64,000 nt of DNA from an uncultured Actinomycetes bacterium (GTDB lineage Bacteria; Actinomycetota; UBA4738; JBBDTT01), in assembly GCA_963742735.1 (NCBI GenBank), contig CAVUMN010000004.1, positions 1,472,001 through 1,536,000 on the forward strand, given 5' to 3'. Below, piece by piece: positions 59,045-64,000 of this stretch. The translations under genes and the position numbers were made by a program. How positions within the stretch are numbered: position 1 is the first letter of the stretch; every line of letters starts with the position of its first letter. The notes under the pieces were generated by a model that saw only the letters and a program-made list of their open reading frames with translations, did no database searches and had not been told where the DNA came from.

Positions 59045-59686
59045 TCAGGCGAACGTCAGTACGAGCTGGGGTGGGTTCGCGCCCTCGCGGCTGGAGAACA
59101 CCTGGGCCACCGTCAGGAGCGCGCTCTCGGCGGCGTCCCGGATGACGAAGCCGGTGTTCGTGCCCGTGTACATCGCCTGGGTCTGGGCCGTGACGCTCCA
59201 CTCTCGCCAGCCGGTCCCCGACGTCGTCACCGCCGCCACACCGGTCACCGCCGGCTGGTTGTTCCAGGTCACCGCGGTCTGGGGCGTCCAGGCGGCCGAC
59301 GCGCGGTAGGCCTGAAGCACCCGGCCCGCAGAGGCGGAGGAGGCGTTCAGGCGCAGCGTGGCGCCCGTGAGTGAGCAGTGCGCGGGCACCGAGGGAAGCG
59401 CGAAGTGCACCAGCGAGCGCTCGTTGTCCGGTCCCAGGATGATCACGGTGGAACCGGATTGCACGCGCAGCGTCGTGTTGGTCCCGAAGTTCGAGTTCGC
59501 GCTCGTCTGACGGACGAACGCGTCGGCGTCGGCGGTGACGGTCTGGACTCCGGGCGCGACGCAGAAGTCGGCGGCCGCGGTGAACACGTTGCCGGGGTTA
59601 TGCGCGGCGGCGGAGAACGCGCTGGACGTGGCACCCACCGCGCTTCCGAGCGCGGCGACCACGAGGACCAGCGCGACACGCCGCAT
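59045..59686 (-). CDS. SipW-class secreted protein with DNRLRE/CBM96-like domain (putative fibre tip/minor subunit)
   Basis: Signal ...GATSS/AFSA..NPGNVFTA, followed by ADAFVRQ..NSNFG, RSLVHF, ATLRL, VTWNNQP and FSSREGANPPQLVL. Confidence 0.78.
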   Translation of the reverse strand: MRRVALVLVVAALGSAVGATSSAFSAAAHNPGNVFTAAADFCVAPGVQTVTADADAFVRQTSANSNFGTNTTLRVQSGSTVIILGPDNERSLVHFALPSVPAHCSLTGATLRLNASSASAGRVLQAYRASAAWTPQTAVTWNNQPAVTGVAAVTTSGTGWREWSVTAQTQAMYTGTNTGFVIRDAAESALLTVAQVFSSREGANPPQLVLTFA

Positions 59687-59691
59687 GGCGT

Positions 59692-60219
59692 TCAGCCGGC
59701 CCAGATCCGGCGCAGCGCGGCCGCTCCCAGCAGCAGCGCCGCACCCGAGATGAACGCGAGGCGCACCGCGGGAATCCCGAGCCAGGCGATCGCGTAGCCG
59801 AGCCGGGGAACCCGCGCCACGAAACGACCGAGCGTCCCGGCCGCGGGGATCGTCCAGCGCTCCACACCGGTGTTGGCGTCGCCCCGGGTGACGAACGCGA
59901 AGGTGTCGCCTCTCGGACGAACGCTGACGACGCGGTGGGTCAGCAGCTCGTCGTTCCGCTCCGGGTCCTTGAACGTGACGATGTCACCCGCGGACGCCTC
60001 GGCTGGAGCGATCGCCCGGACGATGACGACGTCGCCGGACGCGATCGCCGGCTGCATGCTGTCGGACCGGTCGACCAGGGGCTGATACCCGAGGGCCTTG
60101 CCGGCCAGGACTCCCGCGAGCAGGGCGGTGGCCACCACGGCGAGAACGAGCGCGGCGGCGTTGGTCCACCGCCGCGCTCGTCCGCGGCCACGCGAGAGGG
60201 AGAGGCCGGTCGTGCTCAC
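59692..60219 (-). CDS. sipW: Signal peptidase I, SipW/ER-type (S26B)
   Basis: SDSMQP (Ser), GDIVTF, THRVV (His) and TRGDAN. Confidence 0.88.
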   Translation of the reverse strand: MSTTGLSLSRGRGRARRWTNAAALVLAVVATALLAGVLAGKALGYQPLVDRSDSMQPAIASGDVVIVRAIAPAEASAGDIVTFKDPERNDELLTHRVVSVRPRGDTFAFVTRGDANTGVERWTIPAAGTLGRFVARVPRLGYAIAWLGIPAVRLAFISGAALLLGAAALRRIWAG

Positions 60220-60843
60220 CTAGATGTTTCGCGCTTCCCAGGTGAAGGCCTGGGTGGCGTTCTTGCCCTGGGCCAGGTCGTCGTCGGCGACCGTGATCGT
60301 GAACTTGTAGGCGTGGGACTCGGGGAGGTTCGTCCACGTCTCCGGCGCTCCGGAGGTCGGGTCGACGAGCCCGGCGTTGTACGTGTCCGGGAAGGCCGCC
60401 AGCGTGCCGCTGTAGATGATCCCGGCGCCGGCGCCCGTGTAGTTGGTCACGTCCCCGACGAAGGCCGCGCAGGTGTCAAAGGCCGGAACGGCGATCGTCC
60501 CGCGCGTCACCGTGACGTTCAGATACGGGTCGAGCCCGGTCCCGGTGGTCGTGCCGTACAGCCGCACCGTCGCCGGCAGCGTCCCGGCGTAGGTGACGTT
60601 GATGCACGAGGTGTCGGTGTCTCCGGGCTTCGCGTTCGTCAGCGAGAGCATCGCGACGTCGAGATCGTCGTCGGTCAGGATGACGCTTCCGGACGTGAAC
60701 GCGTTCCCGGCGTTGGCGGTGGTGGCGGTGAACGCGGACCAGGTGCCCACGCCGGCGACGATGCCGACGAGGCCGAGCACCAGCAGCGTCAGCAGCAGCT
60801 TCTTGCCGGTGCCGCGCCCGCGCTCGTCAGAGTTGTCAGTCAT
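60220..60843 (-). CDS. TasA/CalY-like fibre subunit with SipW-cognate signal peptide
   Basis: KKLLL-hydrophobic-GTWSAFT..NAGNAFTSG, then NAKPGD, CINVTYAGT and QGK.A...FTWEA. RBS AGGAGG. Confidence 0.8.
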   Translation of the reverse strand: MTDNSDERGRGTGKKLLLTLLVLGLVGIVAGVGTWSAFTATTANAGNAFTSGSVILTDDDLDVAMLSLTNAKPGDTDTSCINVTYAGTLPATVRLYGTTTGTGLDPYLNVTVTRGTIAVPAFDTCAAFVGDVTNYTGAGAGIIYSGTLAAFPDTYNAGLVDPTSGAPETWTNLPESHAYKFTITVADDDLAQGKNATQAFTWEARNI

Positions 60844-60889
60844 GCGAATCCTCCTGTATCGGTGCCCCGGTGAGTGAGGCGTCAGTCCT

Positions 60890-60917
60890 TCATCGGCACG
60901 CCGGAGGGGGCCCTGAA
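60890..60917 (-). promoter_or_regulatory. Sigma28/FliA/WhiG-like promoter of the tasA-sipW operon
   Basis: Minus strand reads TTCA-N16-GCCGATGA. Confidence 0.55.
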
Positions 60918-60933
60918 TGGTCACTTTTGACCA
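60918..60933. promoter_or_regulatory. Perfect inverted repeat, putative operator
   Basis: TGGTCA-CTTT-TGACCA directly abutting the -35 element. Confidence 0.5.
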
Positions 60934-60952
60934 GGTTGCATCGAAGGGAAGG

Positions 60953-61036
60953 TGCGAGAGGGGGGACTCGAACCCCCACGCCCTTTCGGGCACCGGCTCC
61001 TAAGGCCGGCGCGTCTACCGGTTCCGCCACTCTCGC
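60953..61036 (-). tRNA. tRNA-Leu (anticodon TAG)
   Basis: GCGAGAG acceptor stem, D-loop GGAACCGGTAGAC, anticodon arm CCGGC-CTTAGGA-GCCGG, long variable arm GCCC-GAAA-GGGC, T-arm GGGGGTTCGAGTCCCCC. CCA is not fully encoded. Confidence 0.96.
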
Positions 61037-61040
61037 CGGG

Positions 61041-63638
61041 CTACGAGGGCGAGTGTAGGAGAGGCTCGAGCGCGCCGGGAAGGTAGACGCGGAACGACGC
61101 CCCGCCGCCGGGGCGGTCCTCGACCCAGGCCCGCCCCCCGTGCAGCTCGGCGAACCGGGCGACCAGGGACAGCCCGATGCCGACGCCGGGGGCGTGGTCG
61201 GGCACCCCCGGACCTTGCTGGAAGGGTTCGAACAGCGCCTCCCGCAGGTCGGGGGACACGCCCTGACCGGCGTCCTCGACGGCGATCAGCACCCCGCGTT
61301 CGAACTCCCCGGCCCGGATCCAGATCGGGGTGCCCGGCGGGGTGTGGCGGGCCGCGTTCGCCAGCAGGTTCTCGATGATCCGTTCGACCTTCGGCCCGTC
61401 CACGGAGATCGTCAGCGAACCGGCATCGACCTGGATGGGCCGGCTCGGGAGCGAGGGCGACTCGCCGGCAACGCGCAGGATCAGCTCGCCGATGTCGACC
61501 GGCCGCCGGACCGGCTCCACGAGCCCCCGCGACAGGCGGTCGACGTCCAGCAGGTCCGACAGGAGCCGGTCGAGCTTGTCGGCGTTGGCCCCGAGGCGGC
61601 CCAGGAACGCGCGCTGCTCGTCCGGGCTGATCCGCTCGCTCTGGTGCTCGAGGGTCTTCGCGAACCCCAGGACCGCGGTCAGCGGCGTGCGGAGCTCGTG
61701 GGAGACCGCGGTCAGGAAGGCGTTCTTCATCGCGTCCAGGGAGCGCAGCTGCTCGGCGGCCTCCCGCTCGCGCTCGTACGCCTGGCGCAGGGCGTCCTCC
61801 GCCCTGGCGCGGTCGGTCACGTCCTGGCCGGTTCCGAACAGACGGGTCGGCTCGCCGTGCTCGTTGACGTCAACCTCGCCCTTGCCGGCCAGGATCCGGA
61901 CCTCGCCGCTCGGCAGGACGATGCGATGGTCGAGCGAGTACGGGCGCCCGCCCAGCAGGGCCTCCCCGATGGTCTCCTCGACGAGCGTCCGGTCCTCGGG
62001 GTGGATGCGCTCGATGAAGGTCTCGTAGGTGGGCCGGCACGTCTCGGGCGCCTCGCCGAAGATCCGGCACATCTCCGCCGACCACGTCAGCGCGCCGGTG
62101 CTCACGTCCCACTCCCAGCTCCCCAGCCCGGCGACGGCCTGGGCCTCGGCCAGCTGCTCCCGGCTGCTCCGCAGGGCGCGCTCCGCCAAGACGCGTTGGG
62201 TGATGTCGCGGATGATCGAGATCACCTGCGACGGCTCGGGCCCGCGGTCGAGCAGCTTCAGGGCGACCTCGACCTCGACCCGTCGCCCGTCCTTCCGGAT
62301 GAGGGCGGTCTCGTAGTGCTCGGGGACCTCGGTGCCGGCCCGGCGGAGGCGGTACCGCTCGATCAGCTCGGCGCGAACGTCCTCGGGCGCGAGCTCCATC
62401 AGCGAGCCGAGCCCGCGCAGCTCCTCGATCGTGTATCCCGTGATCCGCTCGTAGGCCTCGTTCGCGTAGACGAGGCTCAAGCCCTCGGCGACCACGACGC
62501 CCTCGCCGACGTCGCTCACCGTGTCGAGCAGCGTCTCGTACCGGACGGTCTCGGCGCGCAGCGCCTCGGACAGGCGGACCCGCTCCAGGCCGGGGCCGAT
62601 CACCGCGGCGAGCTGGGCCACCCGCGTGACCTCGTCCGAGCCGAACAGCGGCGTGTACGGGCCGGAGATCACGGCCACCACGCCGGCGCCCTCGGACGAC
62701 TCGAGCGATGCGACCACGGCGTGCCGGCCGTCCGCGAGCCGGGTCAGGTACGCCCCGTCCCGCGGCTCGAGGTGGGCCGACAGGCGGGCCACGGAGACCT
62801 CGGACAGGCCGACCGACGCGATGATCGCGCCGTTCCCGTCGCCGATGAACCCCGCGTCGGTCCCGAGGAGCCGCGTCGCCCAGTGCAGCGCGCGGCCGCC
62901 CAGGGCCGGGCGGTCGGCGGCGAAGCGGACCAGGTCGCTCATGGCTCGCATGAGCGCGTCCTCCTCGTGCCGGCGCCAGATCCTGCGGAGCCAACGAGGA
63001 GGCGCAAAGGAGACGTAGATGAGGGGGACCATGGCCAGACCGAGCCCGTACCCGATGATCGTCACGGTCGGACGGCGCGCCGCCGGCGAGAACGCGGTGA
63101 GACCCAGGATGATCGTGACCACCGACGCGTAGCCCACGCTGAGCGCGCGCAGCCGGCTGCGCTGCACCGGCGGCAGCGATCGCGCGGAGACCCAGAAGCC
63201 AACGACGGGCTCGAACATGCACGCACTCCACACGACCAGCAGGCCCAGGAGGGCGGCGGTCTGGCCCGGCGAGTACATCGCGTCCGGCCCGCCGGGCAGC
63301 GCCACGGCGATGGCCACCGTTCCGCTGAGCATCACGGCCGCCGCCGCCGCGCGGTGCCGGCGGCGAGCCAGCGGGACGAACGTGCCCCGGAATCGCAGGA
63401 AGCTGTACCCGCTCACCAGGAGGAGGACGATGGTGGCGTCGGTCAGCAGCTGCGAGCGGAACCCGACCTCCTCGGAGATCCGGCCGAGCCACGACATGGC
63501 CCCGAGGGACCCGAGGGCGATCGCCAGCAAGAGGTGCCGGGATTCCCGGGTTCGCCGCCACGCGGCGACGTTCACCAGGGCGAGCAGCAGGAACGCTGCT
63601 CCACCGGCGACCTCGAGGATCTCCACGGCCTGTCGCAT
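61041..63638 (-). CDS. Multi-TM, PAS-PAS sensor histidine kinase
   Basis: About 7 N-terminal TMs and two PAS domains (YANEAYERITGY; GSWEWD). H-box VSHELRTPL, N-box ENLLANA and G-box GVGIGL. Confidence 0.92.
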   Translation of the reverse strand: MRQAVEILEVAGGAAFLLLALVNVAAWRRTRESRHLLLAIALGSLGAMSWLGRISEEVGFRSQLLTDATIVLLLVSGYSFLRFRGTFVPLARRRHRAAAAAVMLSGTVAIAVALPGGPDAMYSPGQTAALLGLLVVWSACMFEPVVGFWVSARSLPPVQRSRLRALSVGYASVVTIILGLTAFSPAARRPTVTIIGYGLGLAMVPLIYVSFAPPRWLRRIWRRHEEDALMRAMSDLVRFAADRPALGGRALHWATRLLGTDAGFIGDGNGAIIASVGLSEVSVARLSAHLEPRDGAYLTRLADGRHAVVASLESSEGAGVVAVISGPYTPLFGSDEVTRVAQLAAVIGPGLERVRLSEALRAETVRYETLLDTVSDVGEGVVVAEGLSLVYANEAYERITGYTIEELRGLGSLMELAPEDVRAELIERYRLRRAGTEVPEHYETALIRKDGRRVEVEVALKLLDRGPEPSQVISIIRDITQRVLAERALRSSREQLAEAQAVAGLGSWEWDVSTGALTWSAEMCRIFGEAPETCRPTYETFIERIHPEDRTLVEETIGEALLGGRPYSLDHRIVLPSGEVRILAGKGEVDVNEHGEPTRLFGTGQDVTDRARAEDALRQAYEREREAAEQLRSLDAMKNAFLTAVSHELRTPLTAVLGFAKTLEHQSERISPDEQRAFLGRLGANADKLDRLLSDLLDVDRLSRGLVEPVRRPVDIGELILRVAGESPSLPSRPIQVDAGSLTISVDGPKVERIIENLLANAARHTPPGTPIWIRAGEFERGVLIAVEDAGQGVSPDLREALFEPFQQGPGVPDHAPGVGIGLSLVARFAELHGGRAWVEDRPGGGASFRVYLPGALEPLLHSPS

Positions 63639-63755
63639 GGGGTTCGCCTTGGGGTATCGGCACGCGGGGAGGCCTCCAACAGGCTCGGCGGGCCGATGAG
63701 GACTAGCCAGAACGAGTCAATTCCGGTCGTGAGGACGGCGGGTAGCATGGCGGGC

Positions 63756-64000
63756 ATGCGATTCCGGACGAAGGTCCTGCTCTCCGGAAGGACCGCCACC
63801 GGCGTGGAGGTCCCCGCGAAGGTGGTCGAGGGCCTGGGCTCCGGCAAGCGGCCGGCGGTCCGCGTGACGATCAACGGCCACACGTACCGGAGCACCGTGG
63901 CGGTCATGGGCGGCACGTTCATGCTCGGGATCAGCGCGGAGGTGCGGGCGGCCGCCGGGATCGCGGCCGGCGACCGGGTCGACGTGGACCTGGAGCTCGA
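63756..64000 (+). CDS. DUF1905 / YdeI-OmpD-associated family protein (3'-truncated)
   Basis: MRFRTKVLLSGRTATGVEVP..VVEGLGSGKRPAVRVTINGHTYRSTVAVMGG, running off the window end. Confidence 0.85.
   Translation, partial: MRFRTKVLLSGRTATGVEVPAKVVEGLGSGKRPAVRVTINGHTYRSTVAVMGGTFMLGISAEVRAAAGIAAGDRVDVDLEL

Noticed and set aside
63654-63699. Divergent GCCGAT motifs as sigma28 promoters for the kinase and the DUF1905 gene
   Set aside because: The -10-like elements are present, but there is no convincing -35 at the correct spacing.

Overview
High-GC (about 70% by eye), gene-dense bacterial chromosome segment. It is most consistent with an Actinomycetota genome: ftsEX-smpB-ssrA and mec-cysO-cysM-murI-MBL-rph-rdgB-tRNA-Leu synteny, and a mycobacterial-type tmRNA resume context. 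No CRISPR array, phage, transposase or integrase is visible. Main observations: (1) The first 15 kb looks like a self-contained cAMP circuit. A membrane-anchored 1895-aa FecR/PKD/12x Ig-repeat surface protein sits directly upstream of a CHASE2 class III adenylate cyclase, followed (after a split transketolase) by an operon of cNMP-binding effectors (patatin phospholipase and ABC transporter). CRP-type boxes lie in front of both operons, and one is a perfect TGTGA-N6-TCACA. (2) A selenocysteine-containing SelD (in-frame UGA plus a SECIS-like hairpin) abuts a mec-moeB-cysO-cysM sulfur-carrier cysteine pathway whose MoeB lacks a rhodanese domain. (3) A ~16 kb catabolic operon contains a secreted PHB-depolymerase-type esterase, a Liv-type ABC importer, two acyl-CoA ligases and a FabH-like enzyme with Ser in place of the catalytic Cys. 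(4) An AA5 copper-radical oxidase is paired with an uncharacterised tandem-domain surface protein whose mature form would start with His. (5) A tasA-like/sipW/DNRLRE fibre operon sits behind a sigma28-like promoter and a perfect palindrome. A run of single-base insertions between 48.8 and 56.9 kb is most likely sequencing error. All functional calls come from motif recognition by eye; no database searches were run.
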